A stretch of 64,000 nucleotides of DNA from a virus. Under the pieces are notes generated by a model, which was not told the origin of the DNA, searched no databases, and saw only the letters and a program-made list of their open reading frames with translations. Shown here one piece after another: positions 35,466 through 45,837 of the stretch (position 1 is the first letter of the stretch; each line of letters starts with the position of its first letter). Location: IMG/VR virus record IMGVR_UViG_3300035492_000206, one strand, 5' to 3'. The translations under genes were made by a program, and so were the position numbers.

Positions 35466-38400
35466 ATGGCATTGCAATACGACGAACAGGGCTTCCTGAC
35501 AGGTCAGCGCGTCCAGCAGGATGATCTTCAGGGATATCTTGGCGATATTCTGGACGAGCTGAAGGCTATTTCGCGCGCGATTGGAGCGGTCGGTGCGCCG
35601 GCAACAATGCCTGAAAGCGAAAACACGATTGGCTATACCGGAAGTCGTTCTGCTGCAAATGACCCCATGTCGAGCCGGATTGTTGTAGAACCAGTTGTGA
35701 TTGATTCCGGCCGCTTCGTCGGGGCCAAGACGCCTGATGGTAGCGACAGTGCCGCACCGGGCGTGACTTCTACAGAGCGTCCGAGCGATTCGCGACCTCC
35801 CATAGAGGCGATCACTGCAGATTCGGGTCCAGTCACCGGCGGTGTGGCGCTACCCGCAACGCCACAGACTCAATTGACAGGTGCGCCAGTTTCGCCGGTG
35901 GCAGTGGCCGCTCCTGTCATGGCGCCCACTAATCAGACCGTAGCCAGTCCTGATGCCAAGAAAGCGGGCGCGCAACGAGATGCTTCCGGCCGCTTCGTCG
36001 GGGCCAAGACGCCTGATGATGAAGGCGGTGGTGAAGATGGCGCATTGAGTGGTGCAATCAGCGACTTGGGCGATCGCCTGACCGGCGCGGTGGGCGAGCT
36101 GGCTGTCAGCGAGGAATCTGACCCTGCAGTAAAGGCCTTCAACGAGGTAGCTCAACCCTTGCAGCGTGGCTTCGGCAAGATCTTTGGTGGCGGCGATGCC
36201 GGTCAGGATCGGTGGTATCGGCGCTTCTGGCGTCAGATGCGCCAAGGACGCAAGCGCGACAACAAACAGCACACCGAGATCGTGGATCAGCTCGAAGATA
36301 TCGAGGATGCCCAGGGCGGCAAAAAGGGCGGCCTACTTGGGGCGCTGGGAGGCTTGTTCGCGCCGATTCTGACATTCCTTTCCGGGATCTTGAAAGCGCT
36401 GATCCCGTTGGGCTTGTTGTCGAAAATAGCAGGGTTGCTTGGCGCCAAAGGCCTTGCGGCCAAATTGGCCGGTGCTGCAGCGGGAGGCGGCAAAGCTGCC
36501 AAAGCAGCAACTGCCGGAGTAGGTGCCAAGGCGGCAGGTGCAGCAAAGGCTGGTACAAAAGCGGGTGCAGGTGCTGCCAAGGGTGGCATTCGCGGCATGC
36601 TCAAGACCGGCGGTGGCAAGGCGTTGCGCGGCGCATCCAAGCTGGGCAAGAAGGTGCCCATACTGGGGACATTGCTCAGCCTTGGGCTAATGGCGAACGA
36701 TGTTCACGCCTCTGAAACCAGCGATATGACGCGCAAGGAGAAGGACAAGGCGACCGGTTCGGCGGTTGGTCGTGGCGTCGGCAGCATCGGCGGCATGGCG
36801 GCGGGCGCGACTGCAGGTGCAGCGCTTGGGTCTGTGGTTCCCGTAATCGGTACCGCGATTGGCGGTCTTGTGGGTGCAGCGGTTGGTGGCTGGCTGGGTG
36901 ATTCGGCCGGCGACATTATCGGCGAAAAGGTCGGTGAATGGGTTGGCGATCTGCGCGATTCCAAGATCGGCAGCTCAATCGTATCCGCATGGAACCAGAC
37001 GACAGATTTTGCCTCGCATCTCTGGGGGCAAGCCAGTAGCGCAGTAACGGATAAGTGGAATACCGTCACCAGTACCGTATCAGGCGCGTGGAACTCCGTC
37101 ACTACGACCGTTTCAGATACATGGAATAGCACTACCACAAAGATCAGCGAGACCTGGTCAACGGTAACGGGCACGCTATCGACCGCTTGGGATGGTATAT
37201 CAACCACATTCTCCGAAAAGTGGAACAGCATTGCCGACGGCATATCCGAGAAATGGGACAGCGCCGTTGCAGGCATGGGTGAAGCCTGGGATAAGGTGAC
37301 CGGCCTGGCTGAGCAGTGGTGGGGGTCAATCAAGGACGTTGCCAGCCAAGCAAACGACTACGTCAAAGAAAAGACCGGCATCGATATCGCCGAAACTGTC
37401 TCTACGGCTGGCCAGGTGGTCAGCGAGACCTACTCAGCTGCCAAAGACAAGGCGGGAGAGGTTGTAGAGAGCGCCAAGGATAAGATCGTTGGTGCGGGTG
37501 ATTGGCTCTGGGGTGGAATCAAGAAGGCAGCATCCAGTGTTTATGAAGCCACTGGAGCCAAAGGCGCGGTCAGTGCTGTTCGCAAAAGCTCTAACTATGC
37601 CGAAGGCAAGCAAGCGCTGCGTCAGGAGATGGCGAATTCAGGCATTACCGATCCGATGGAGCAGGCGCAATTCATGGCGCAGATGCACCACGAGTCCGCC
37701 GGTTTTACTCAGGTTGAGGAGAACCTGAATTACAAGCCTGAGCAATTCCTCAAGCTGTTCGGCAAGCGCGCCGGTATTAGCACCGTTGATGAGGCCAAGG
37801 CCATTATTGCCCAAGGCAAGGGGGCCATGGGTGAAGCCATGTATGGCGGCGACTGGGGTCGCAAGAACCTGGGTAATACCGAAGAGGGCGACGGCTATAA
37901 CTTCCGTGGCCGTGGCTACACCCAGCTCACGGGCCGTGCCAACTATGCTGCAGCTGGTGATGCTCTGGGGCTTGATTTGGTGAACAACCCGGATATGGCT
38001 GCTGATCCCGAAGTGGCTGCCAAAATTGCAACCTGGTACTGGAAGAGCCGCCCCGGCCTGAGCGATGCCGCCAAGTCCGGTGACGTTGAAGCGGTCACGC
38101 GCAAGATCAACGGCGGCACCAATGGTCTCGATGACCGCATTGCACTGACTCGGGAATACCTGCCGGAAGCCCATAGCGGGGAGCTGAATGCAACGCCTTC
38201 CGTGGCTGTAGCGGCTGCGCCTCAGGCTGCTGAAAAGCCGCGTGATTTCCAAGCTGAGCAGGATCAGCGTGAGATTGATCAAGCTCTTGCCCGGCAAGAT
38301 AAGATCGTTAACGGGGGCGGTCCCAACGTCAAATACTTCAACACTCAGGCCGAAATGATCGCCTATGAGCGCGAACAGACGCTTGCGCGTATCCAGCGAG

Positions 38401-38699
38401 AGCGTGAGGCATCAGGCATAACCGATGAGAATCTGCGCAGGCCAGCCAATGTGATGAGCGCGACTGCTGACAGCAAGCCTGTTGCAGCGGTATCCGCCAG
38501 TGCTGCACCCAGGCCAATTAAGGCTGCTTCAGTGCCTCCGGTAGCAGTCGCCGATGCGCCTAGCGTTTCAGCGCCAATGGGCGATAGCGCCAAGCCGAAG
38601 AGCGAAGAGCGTAGCCGAGATAGTGGCGACGTAAGCCGAAACATCTCTGATGGCCGCATTGCTCACATTGTCACCGGTGCCTACAGCGGCATGGGGTAG
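35466..38699 (+). CDS. Tape-measure protein with glycoside hydrolase family 19 lysozyme domain
   Basis: 11-residue Trp repeats (WNTVTSTVSGAWNSVTTTVSDTW) and Gly-zipper helices. GH19 motifs AQMHHESAGF, FRGRGYTQLTGRANY and VTRKINGGTNGL. Confidence 0.9.
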   Translation: MALQYDEQGFLTGQRVQQDDLQGYLGDILDELKAISRAIGAVGAPATMPESENTIGYTGSRSAANDPMSSRIVVEPVVIDSGRFVGAKTPDGSDSAAPGVTSTERPSDSRPPIEAITADSGPVTGGVALPATPQTQLTGAPVSPVAVAAPVMAPTNQTVASPDAKKAGAQRDASGRFVGAKTPDDEGGGEDGALSGAISDLGDRLTGAVGELAVSEESDPAVKAFNEVAQPLQRGFGKIFGGGDAGQDRWYRRFWRQMRQGRKRDNKQHTEIVDQLEDIEDAQGGKKGGLLGALGGLFAPILTFLSGILKALIPLGLLSKIAGLLGAKGLAAKLAGAAAGGGKAAKAATAGVGAKAAGAAKAGTKAGAGAAKGGIRGMLKTGGGKALRGASKLGKKVPILGTLLSLGLMANDVHASETSDMTRKEKDKATGSAVGRGVGSIGGMAAGATAGAALGSVVPVIGTAIGGLVGAAVGGWLGDSAGDIIGEKVGEWVGDLRDSKIGSSIVSAWNQTTDFASHLWGQASSAVTDKWNTVTSTVSGAWNSVTTTVSDTWNSTTTKISETWSTVTGTLSTAWDGISTTFSEKWNSIADGISEKWDSAVAGMGEAWDKVTGLAEQWWGSIKDVASQANDYVKEKTGIDIAETVSTAGQVVSETYSAAKDKAGEVVESAKDKIVGAGDWLWGGIKKAASSVYEATGAKGAVSAVRKSSNYAEGKQALRQEMANSGITDPMEQAQFMAQMHHESAGFTQVEENLNYKPEQFLKLFGKRAGISTVDEAKAIIAQGKGAMGEAMYGGDWGRKNLGNTEEGDGYNFRGRGYTQLTGRANYAAAGDALGLDLVNNPDMAADPEVAAKIATWYWKSRPGLSDAAKSGDVEAVTRKINGGTNGLDDRIALTREYLPEAHSGELNATPSVAVAAAPQAAEKPRDFQAEQDQREIDQALARQDKIVNGGGPNVKYFNTQAEMIAYEREQTLARIQREREASGITDENLRRPANVMSATADSKPVAAVSASAAPRPIKAASVPPVAVADAPSVSAPMGDSAKPKSEERSRDSGDVSRNISDGRIAHIVTGAYSGMG
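35705..36018 (+). repeat. 35-bp exact direct repeat in the tape-measure gene (35705-35739 and 35984-36018)
   Basis: TTCCGGCCGCTTCGTCGGGGCCAAGACGCCTGATG occurs twice, encoding SGRFVGAKTPD. Confidence 0.9.
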
Positions 38700-38700
38700 C

Positions 38701-38741
38701 GGAAAAGCCGCCCCTGCCAAACACCTTTGAATGGATAGCAT
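38701..38741 (+). promoter_or_regulatory. Putative phage late promoter (GGAAA-N30-TAGCAT) for the baseplate/fibre operon
   Basis: GGAAA at 38701, TAGCAT at 38736. Confidence 0.65.
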
Positions 38742-38747
38742 AGCCTC

Positions 38748-39041
38748 ATGATCAAAATCACCGGCACCGAACTCGAAGCGATGGTAGAGCACTGGCTGAA
38801 TACGCCGGTGCATGGCTACCTGGGAAGTGGCTACGGCCAAGACATTAAGGCCCTGCTGCAAAAGCCTCACTCTGACCGCGAAGCGAACGCCCTGTTGCGC
38901 AAGCTGAAGGCAGATCTGGTGCTACTTACTTCACTACCACCGGACCAAATCAACCTGTATGGCACCCCGGATGGAATCGACCGCTACCAGATTGTGCTGG
39001 AAGTGTCCGGCCGCACCTTTAACCTGAGCGAGAACGCCTGA
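38748..39041 (+). CDS. Baseplate sheath-initiator (gp25/W-like, P1 gp26-like)
   Basis: MVEHWLNTPVHGYLGSGYG pattern. Precedes the J-like gene. Confidence 0.6.
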   Translation: MIKITGTELEAMVEHWLNTPVHGYLGSGYGQDIKALLQKPHSDREANALLRKLKADLVLLTSLPPDQINLYGTPDGIDRYQIVLEVSGRTFNLSENA

Positions 39042-40540
39042 TGTTTACCCGCGAAGAGTTTGTCCAAAAGGCTATCGAAGCCAGTATTGCCAAGTACCCG
39101 TCTGTTGCGGCGCTGGTGAAGGCGGGCGATCCGCGCGTAATGCAGCAGATTGAAGCGATGGCGACCATGCTTGAGATGTATTCCGCCCAGCTGGAGGTGG
39201 CCCAAGCAGAGCCGTTCGAAAAGTCGCGTGACAGCACGGTAATGGCCGATGCTGCCATGCGCGGCCTAATCCCGAAAGCCGTGCCGGCCAGTGTTGAAGT
39301 TCAGGTCAACAACGCAAGCACTCTTGCTGTGGAGGTGGCACAGGGGCGTAGCCTGATGGACTCGCAAGGGCGCCTGTATCGAGCCGATACCTCAGTCACC
39401 GTTGAGGCAGGCGGTTCCGGCACCTTTGTGGCGGTGCAGTTGTATGCCAAGGAGCAGGTGCATACCGTTGCCGGTTCCCGGCCGTTCTATGAAATACCGG
39501 TTGCGCTGGCGGATGATGACTCGCATCTGTGCGGGCTGTCTGTGCGCGACAGCAGCGGTGCTTACGAGTACCGGGAGCGCTACGTCAACACGGCAGCGGG
39601 TGAAAAGGTCTACCACCTGGAAGTGGACGAGCGTCGTCGCGTGTACGTGCGCTTTGGCCAAGATGGCGTGGTGGGTACTCAGCCGATCGATGGGGCCGAT
39701 ATCACCCTGACCGGTTTCTATTCAATGGGCGCAGTTGATTTTGCGGCCGGTGAGCAGCTGGTGTTTGAAGCGATACAGGCGCCGGTTGAGTCTCAGGTCG
39801 AAATGAAGATCACGGCCCTGCTTGCGGCAGGTCAGAACCCGCCCACCATGCAAACCTTGCGGGAGCTGGCCCGGTACCCATCCGTCTACAACCACAACGC
39901 TGTATTCCTGGGGGAATTTGACTTCCTGGTACGCCGCCACTTCCCGGCCTTGCGCTTCCTGTCTGTTTGGAATGAGCAGGTTGAGGAGTCCGTGCGCGGC
40001 ATGCATCTGGACAACATCAACGCCCTGTTTGTGGCTTGCCTGTCCGAATCCGGTGCTGAAACCGTGCTGGAAGAAACAGCCACAACCGGCCCGGTCGCGC
40101 CGATTGAGTTCACCGAATTGACCGCCACCATGCAGCAGATCAAGGCCAAAATTGAGGCGGCTGACGACAGCTATCGGGTGCGATTCTATTCGGCGATCAA
40201 GCGCGAAATTCCGGTGCAAGTGACCGCAACCGTCGCATCTTCCTACGATGAAAGCGTGGTTGTCAGCCAGATCCGAGCGGCCATTCTGGAACGCTTTGGC
40301 GAGACAGCACCCCAGTCACGCCGGGGGCACTCGACGCCCTTGTATCAGCAGATTTACCAACTGATTCGTGACAAGGTGCCCGCCTTGAGCGTGGGCCGCG
40401 CCGATCTTCGCGTGGCGATTGATGAATCGGCACTTGCCGACCCGCGCCCCGAGCTGTGGCGCTACGTTTCAGAGGCATCTCTACAGGTTGGTGTCACAGC
40501 CGGTAATGTCGTAACACCTTACTGGGGGTCCGGTCTGTGA
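39041..40540 (+). CDS. Baseplate wedge protein (J-like, P1 BplA-like)
   Basis: VYVRFGQDGVVG, NHNAVFLGEFDFLV and other J-like motifs. 499 aa. Confidence 0.75.
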   Translation: MFTREEFVQKAIEASIAKYPSVAALVKAGDPRVMQQIEAMATMLEMYSAQLEVAQAEPFEKSRDSTVMADAAMRGLIPKAVPASVEVQVNNASTLAVEVAQGRSLMDSQGRLYRADTSVTVEAGGSGTFVAVQLYAKEQVHTVAGSRPFYEIPVALADDDSHLCGLSVRDSSGAYEYRERYVNTAAGEKVYHLEVDERRRVYVRFGQDGVVGTQPIDGADITLTGFYSMGAVDFAAGEQLVFEAIQAPVESQVEMKITALLAAGQNPPTMQTLRELARYPSVYNHNAVFLGEFDFLVRRHFPALRFLSVWNEQVEESVRGMHLDNINALFVACLSESGAETVLEETATTGPVAPIEFTELTATMQQIKAKIEAADDSYRVRFYSAIKREIPVQVTATVASSYDESVVVSQIRAAILERFGETAPQSRRGHSTPLYQQIYQLIRDKVPALSVGRADLRVAIDESALADPRPELWRYVSEASLQVGVTAGNVVTPYWGSGL

Positions 40541-42501
40541 GTCAGTTTGATTTTGAATCGTCCCGGGTGCCGGCAGCGGCACCACTGCGCAACAGTCACA
40601 CTGTTGGTGATATCGAGCATGAGCTGAAACAGGTCTTTCTGGAGCTGTTCGATGCACTGGGCCAAGACTCATTCGATGCCAATGTGCTGGGCGCTGCGCA
40701 TCTGGGCTCGTTCGATCTGGTGCGCCGCATGGTCAACCATGACGGGTTGGTTTTGCTGCCAGGTGAGCGAGAAGAAGCGGCAACGCGCTATCTGTACCGC
40801 GCCTGGAAGTCGGGCGATGTGCAAAAGCGCGGGCTGCACTTTGTGCGCACCTACTTGCAACTGCTGTTTCCTGGTCAGGCTGAAGTTCGTCAGCTATGGC
40901 ACCGGAAGGGTGATCCCTACGGCACGTCATTCATCAAGAACGAGCCGCGCGATCCTTACTGGTTTCACTTTCTGGGCGCCAAAGGGCTAAAGCTGGATGC
41001 CAGCTGGCGACTGGGGCAGCCGCTTTCGGATATTACGGACAGCCTTGAAGCGTACAGGCCGGATGAAACTGATCTGTTCCTGACGTCGCGCATCGAGATT
41101 TTGCTGGGTCTGGAATCAATCGCAGAAGGGCGCAATTCGCTTACGGCGGCAAACCGTCCGGTTACCACGGGCCTGCTTGATGTTATTCGAGCGGTCATAC
41201 CGGCGCGCTTGGTACCGGTGTTCAGGTTCTGGCTGCGCTTCGTTCTGGGTGTTCAGGTGCGTATGAGCACATTCCTGGCCATGGATAAGCAGTCGCGCAT
41301 GCGCTATCCGTGGTGCGGTCGAGTGATTACCGCGCAGGATGACGCCTCATGGACGCTGGGCCGCGATGGTGAGCTGGTTACGCTGCCTCAGCCATTGGGT
41401 AGCTTCAAACTGGGTGAGCGGCGTGGCGGATTCAGCGCGTGGCGCCTAAAGGCCTGCAGGATTACATCTGAAACTGATCTGGAGGCCGTTTCAGAACAGC
41501 CTGTCTTTGATATCGCCAAGTTGGGCACGCCTTGGCTTCGGCTTGACCGCACCTGGCAGCTGGGCAGGCATCAGTCTGTGGCGCTGTCCCAGGCCGAGCT
41601 ATCAAAGACAATCAATATTGATCAGGAGTACGACAGCGTTACCACATTTGTGGATCAGCACGTTATCTCTGGCCCCGTACATCCTCAAAAGCTTGGCGCA
41701 TATATCAAAACAGGCCGCTGGCGGCTCAATGGCGACCGGGGCATTGGCAGTCTGCGCACAGGAAGCCAGCTTGGGCGATTCAAGCTTGGCCGTACATCAC
41801 CGGCTGTCGATTATTACCTGAACTGCACCGTATCCGGAGCGGCCACAGCCGGTCCTGTAATGAGCCTCAGTGGCGACCTTAGGCTTGATGGCGAGTGGCA
41901 TCTGGCAGAGCGCAAGGCGCAGGGCGCATCAGTTGTCGATCTGATCAAGCGCGTGGAACTTCCACAATCTGTCGAACTGGATACCACGACATTCCACGAA
42001 GAAATCGAATTCCGGTACCCGCAAAAGCCTGAGCGACTGGCTCGTATCTGGCCATTGGCGGCGGGTTGGCGTTTGCAGGGGCAAAAGCTTGGCGTTCCGG
42101 CGGAACGTAAGGGCTTCCCGCTGCCGCTTCATCAGGATCGGATACTGGTCGAAACCGATATCAGCGCTGAGCTGCAGGGCGAGATCACCCACCGCGCCCC
42201 CGTTGCGCTGCCGCCTTCCAACACGCCGCGGCTGGCTAATCGACAGCGAGCTCTCGATGGTCGCTGGCCTGTTGCAGCCTACAGTCGCTTCGGTCGCTTC
42301 CGGCTTGACGGTACTGAGCGGCTTCGAACTCGGAAAACAACAACAGCCCGCCCGCTTGGATCGTTCACACTTGCACCTGATGAGTATTCAGGCCGAGGCA
42401 TTGCTGACAGAGGCGCTGTATTCCGTCGCCCCTTGAACGGCGATTGGTCACTGGGCAGTCCGGCTACGCCTGAATTCACGATAACGATCACACACGTTTG
42501 A
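40537..42501 (+). CDS. Baseplate/tail protein (I-like N-terminus with repeated LDGxWxLG motifs)
   Basis: KRGLHFVRTYLQLLFP, then LDASWRLG, LDRTWQLG, LDGEWHL, LDGRW and LNGDWSLG repeats. Confidence 0.65.
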   Translation: MSQFDFESSRVPAAAPLRNSHTVGDIEHELKQVFLELFDALGQDSFDANVLGAAHLGSFDLVRRMVNHDGLVLLPGEREEAATRYLYRAWKSGDVQKRGLHFVRTYLQLLFPGQAEVRQLWHRKGDPYGTSFIKNEPRDPYWFHFLGAKGLKLDASWRLGQPLSDITDSLEAYRPDETDLFLTSRIEILLGLESIAEGRNSLTAANRPVTTGLLDVIRAVIPARLVPVFRFWLRFVLGVQVRMSTFLAMDKQSRMRYPWCGRVITAQDDASWTLGRDGELVTLPQPLGSFKLGERRGGFSAWRLKACRITSETDLEAVSEQPVFDIAKLGTPWLRLDRTWQLGRHQSVALSQAELSKTINIDQEYDSVTTFVDQHVISGPVHPQKLGAYIKTGRWRLNGDRGIGSLRTGSQLGRFKLGRTSPAVDYYLNCTVSGAATAGPVMSLSGDLRLDGEWHLAERKAQGASVVDLIKRVELPQSVELDTTTFHEEIEFRYPQKPERLARIWPLAAGWRLQGQKLGVPAERKGFPLPLHQDRILVETDISAELQGEITHRAPVALPPSNTPRLANRQRALDGRWPVAAYSRFGRFRLDGTERLRTRKTTTARPLGSFTLAPDEYSGRGIADRGAVFRRPLNGDWSLGSPATPEFTITITHV

Positions 42502-42511
42502 GGGTGCAGCC

Positions 42512-42895
42512 ATGGCTGAGGCCGTAACACTACTGTCCCACCGGCGACGACTTGCCTCGCAAATGGCAGGTGGCGCGCCGGTGGCGAAAATCGCCTTTAT
42601 GGCGTTTGGAGATGGCGGGCATGACCCGGCCACCTTCAAAGCTGTGCAGCCGTCCGATGAACAGACCGCGCTGAATCATGAGGTGCTGCGCAAGCCACTG
42701 CTTGCCGTTGCCCAAGAGGATGACCTGTCTGTTACCGGTCGCGGCATGCTGGAGCGAGACGAACTGATTGGGGTGCATATCTCAGAAGCGGCGCTCGTTG
42801 ACGAGCAGGGCAACCTGATCGGCATTAAGAACTTTTCACCCAAGGTGAAAGAGAGCGACGAACGCTACGAAATTTCAATCAAGCTGAGGTACTGA
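42512..42895 (+). CDS. Tail fibre proximal/collar-type protein
   Basis: IAFMAFGDGG...QTALNHEV...ISEAALVDEQGNLI resembles P2 gpH N-terminal domains. Confidence 0.7.
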   Translation: MAEAVTLLSHRRRLASQMAGGAPVAKIAFMAFGDGGHDPATFKAVQPSDEQTALNHEVLRKPLLAVAQEDDLSVTGRGMLERDELIGVHISEAALVDEQGNLIGIKNFSPKVKESDERYEISIKLRY

Positions 42896-42896
42896 T

Positions 42897-43820
42897 ATGG
42901 CCCTGCCAAACCCTAAAATCACCCAAATTCCAAACAACGAGCCTGATGCGGTTCCGGCACTTTGGAACGTGCGCTATGACGAGATTGACGAGAACTTCTC
43001 AGACCTCGATCAGCGCGCAAACGCAACTGAAAACGAGCTGGATGCATCCCGTGCCGGCAAGGCGTCCCTCGCTGAGCGTTTGACCGAGTTTGACAGCCTG
43101 TTGGGTCAGGTTACGCCTGAGTTTCAGGATCATCTGGCATCCACGCTGGCGTTTGCTCTTGATCAGGCGGGTGTTGCCAACCGCAGCGTTCTGGCGCTGA
43201 AAGGGCAGTTGCAGCAGGAAGGCCAGATCACGCTGATCAACCGTGGTGTTGTCAGCGGCTGTAGCATTGAGCCATCTACCAATGCGGCACGAAACCTGAA
43301 CTTCTCCGGCGGCTCTGTCTTCATGCGAGGCCGTCAGTACAGCGCGCCGTCTCAGTTGAACGCAGCATCTGTCCCGCCGAACACAACCGGCGCAGCTGCA
43401 GTAGTGCGGGGCTATCTGTATCTGCACCAGGCCAGCGAAACCATGCGCCTGGCGGTGACCGAGATCGGCGATGAGATGCCGGAAGATGCGATCCACATCT
43501 ACAACATCACCATTCCGAGCAACTCGACCGATACGACTGATCCGAATCTGGCCAGCGTAACCATGACCAGCGTCCGTCGCATGGAGCCGAATTTCCCTCG
43601 CTCGCTGAACTCCCCCATTGTTGCGACCGTGGGTATTGAGACCCTGCGCGACACGGATTACCGCCTCGACTTTGACGTGGTGTCATTCAATGGCGGCGTG
43701 TGCGACCCGGACCAGATAAAGGCCACCAGTCGAGCCACCAACGGCTTCACCATCGAGCTGCTGAGCGAATGCGACAACGTGGTGTTGCGCTGGCGTGCAA
43801 GCAAGCTGAACAACAACTGA
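42897..43820 (+). CDS. Tail fibre/trunk protein
   Basis: Coiled-coil N-terminus and beta-rich C-terminus, located between the collar gene and the DGR target gene. Confidence 0.55.
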   Translation: MALPNPKITQIPNNEPDAVPALWNVRYDEIDENFSDLDQRANATENELDASRAGKASLAERLTEFDSLLGQVTPEFQDHLASTLAFALDQAGVANRSVLALKGQLQQEGQITLINRGVVSGCSIEPSTNAARNLNFSGGSVFMRGRQYSAPSQLNAASVPPNTTGAAAVVRGYLYLHQASETMRLAVTEIGDEMPEDAIHIYNITIPSNSTDTTDPNLASVTMTSVRRMEPNFPRSLNSPIVATVGIETLRDTDYRLDFDVVSFNGGVCDPDQIKATSRATNGFTIELLSECDNVVLRWRASKLNNN

Positions 43821-43834
43821 TTGAGGATATATCG

Positions 43835-44158
43835 ATGCAAATCACACTGAAAGAAGCCGGCCAGCGCGTTGCAAACTTCGCCATCGATGGCGCCCGCATC
43901 ACCGTTGACGGCCTGTTGATCGACTGCTCTGAGCGTCAGGCGGACGTGCCTGTTGTCGTCGAAGTGCGCAAGCATGCAGGAACCACCGTAGAGGGCGGCA
44001 AAGATGGTGCTTACCTGGCGCACATCGTCATCCCGGCGCGCACCTACACCGAAAACGAAGTGCCGGGCGTTGGTGATGAAGAAGAGCCGACCATTGAGCG
44101 CATTGCCGATCCGATCAACACCGATGAGATTGCCGTCACCCTGTGGCCGGCTGCATAA
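43835..44158 (+). CDS. Small tail-fibre-associated protein
   Basis: ATG at 43835 after GAGGA. 107 aa, directly before the DGR target. Confidence 0.6.
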   Translation: MQITLKEAGQRVANFAIDGARITVDGLLIDCSERQADVPVVVEVRKHAGTTVEGGKDGAYLAHIVIPARTYTENEVPGVGDEEEPTIERIADPINTDEIAVTLWPAA

Positions 44159-44183
44159 ACTAACGAAGGACAAGGAATAACCC

Positions 44184-45236
44184 ATGCCTACTATCTACAC
44201 AAAAGACCCTTTGCGTGCAGCTGTTGAAGGGGCCAGCGGTGGCAAGATCACCGTCCTCTACACTGAAAAAGGTCAGCCGTCACACATGTACGTGATGAGC
44301 GCGTTCAACCTGGAAGACGTTAACCCAGATCTGGGTACCGGCGTTGACCCCATGTTCAAGGTTGGTGGCCAGACCAAAACTGAACGATTCCTGGGTGCCT
44401 ACCCGGGCGTGCTGATGAACGGCGAACTGATTTCACTGCCGGGCATGCCGCCTCAGAACTATATCACCCATGATGCTGCGCTCGATGCAGCCCGCGCAAA
44501 CGGTGCCGGCTGGGGCTTGATGACTAACAACGACTGGTCCGGCGTGGCGCGCTGGTGTCGCAAAAACGGCTTTGTGCCGCGCGGCAACACCAACTACGGC
44601 CGCAGCTCTGATGCCACTTTTGAAACTGGTGTTCGCGATGACGGTCAGCTTCCGGGCGTGGCATCCGGAACTGCTCGCACTCTGTCCGGCTCTGGTCCTG
44701 CATCTTGGCGTCACGACGGCACGCATGCCGGTATCTCTGACCTGGTCGGAAACGTTTGGGAGTGGGCACCAGGCCTGCGCCTGATGGATGGTGAAATTCA
44801 GGTGATTGCCGATAACAATGCTGCCCTGAGCACCATTGATCTGTCTGCTGCGTCCTCTGAATGGCGCGCCATTGATGGCGAAACCGGTGCATTGGTGATG
44901 CCGGGCGCTGCGACTGCCGTGAAAATTGCCGCCTCTGGTACCGCGAACTACACACTGGTTGTGGGATCTGGTGCAGCATTCGAGGGTATGACCAATCCGG
45001 GTACCACGCCGGTGTCGGCTGCTGCAATCAAGACGCTCAAGCTGTATGGCATCTACCCGGAAGCGCTCGACCTTGACGGAGATGGCATTTGGCACAATGT
45101 GGAAGGCGAGCGCGTCCCGTTTCGCGGCGGCATTTGGAGCAGCGGCGACAGGGCTGGTGTGTCCGCTGTGGACCTCAGCAGCCCGCGTTCGCGCTCGAGC
45201 CACTTCATCGGCGCGCGTCCCGCTTTTTCGCTTTAA
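44184..45236 (+). CDS. DGR target: receptor-binding protein with FGE-sulfatase/C-type-lectin fold
   Basis: GISDLVGNVWEW and C-terminal RGGIW...VDL...IGARPAF variable region. Confidence 0.9.
   Translation: MPTIYTKDPLRAAVEGASGGKITVLYTEKGQPSHMYVMSAFNLEDVNPDLGTGVDPMFKVGGQTKTERFLGAYPGVLMNGELISLPGMPPQNYITHDAALDAARANGAGWGLMTNNDWSGVARWCRKNGFVPRGNTNYGRSSDATFETGVRDDGQLPGVASGTARTLSGSGPASWRHDGTHAGISDLVGNVWEWAPGLRLMDGEIQVIADNNAALSTIDLSAASSEWRAIDGETGALVMPGAATAVKIAASGTANYTLVVGSGAAFEGMTNPGTTPVSAAAIKTLKLYGIYPEALDLDGDGIWHNVEGERVPFRGGIWSSGDRAGVSAVDLSSPRSRSSHFIGARPAFSL
45110..45224 (+). repeat. DGR variable repeat (VR)
   Basis: 115 bp aligned without gaps to 45838-45952. 13 mismatches, every one at a TR adenine. 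Confidence 0.96.
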
Positions 45237-45258
45237 TCTTAGCGCTTTGCGCTTTGCT

Positions 45259-45280
45259 GGGGTGGGCGATAGCCCGCCCC
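45259..45280 (+). promoter_or_regulatory. DGR target-recognition hairpin with GRNA loop
   Basis: GGGGTGGGC-GATA-GCCCGCCCC, 34 nt downstream of the VR. Confidence 0.75.
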
Positions 45281-45312
45281 TATGCTTTTCAAACTTGCAG
45301 TAAGGGCATCCA

Positions 45313-45795
45313 TTGACCAGAAGCACCAAGGCTACCGCGCCACGTTTCAAACGGCCCAAGACACCTCGCTCAGACGACAATCCAGCCCACGACCATAACG
45401 ACAAGCTTTACCAGGATCAGCACTTTCTGCCGATCGGGCAAAGTATTGAGCGCATGATTGTTATGGCTGATGAGGCTTTAGAGCAGTTCCCTCGATTGCA
45501 CAAACCGATACTGGGCAAGCAGATCGAAGGCTCTATTTGGCGTTTACTGGAGCTGGTCACTCGGGCAGGCAGGCGGTATCACAAGAAAACCACGCTCGAA
45601 GATGCGGTAATCGAGCTGGATATGCTGCGCAGTAAATTACGTACAGCCTTCAACCGCAAGATCATTACACCCGGACGCTATCAGGCTTGGGCGCGACTCA
45701 ATAATGAGATCGGCATCGAGCTGGGCGGCTGGTATCGTTCCGAAAAAGGAGCAAGCAAATACAATAACTTAGACAATAAACCTGATGTTACTTAG
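45313..45795 (+). CDS. avd: DGR accessory variability determinant (Avd, four-helix bundle)
   Basis: FPRLHKPILGKQI...TTLEDAVIELDMLR...EIGIELGGW. Confidence 0.85.
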   Translation: MTRSTKATAPRFKRPKTPRSDDNPAHDHNDKLYQDQHFLPIGQSIERMIVMADEALEQFPRLHKPILGKQIEGSIWRLLELVTRAGRRYHKKTTLEDAVIELDMLRSKLRTAFNRKIITPGRYQAWARLNNEIGIELGGWYRSEKGASKYNNLDNKPDVT

Positions 45796-45837
45796 TAGAA
45801 GTTTTGGTACAGTGTTGGCGGGCTTCATGTCAAAGAG

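Noticed and set aside
43436-43452. CGAAACCATGCG.CTG in the tail gene resembles the start of spacer 1
   Set aside because: 15 of the first 17 positions match, then similarity collapses. The upstream dinucleotide is CA, not the CC PAM.
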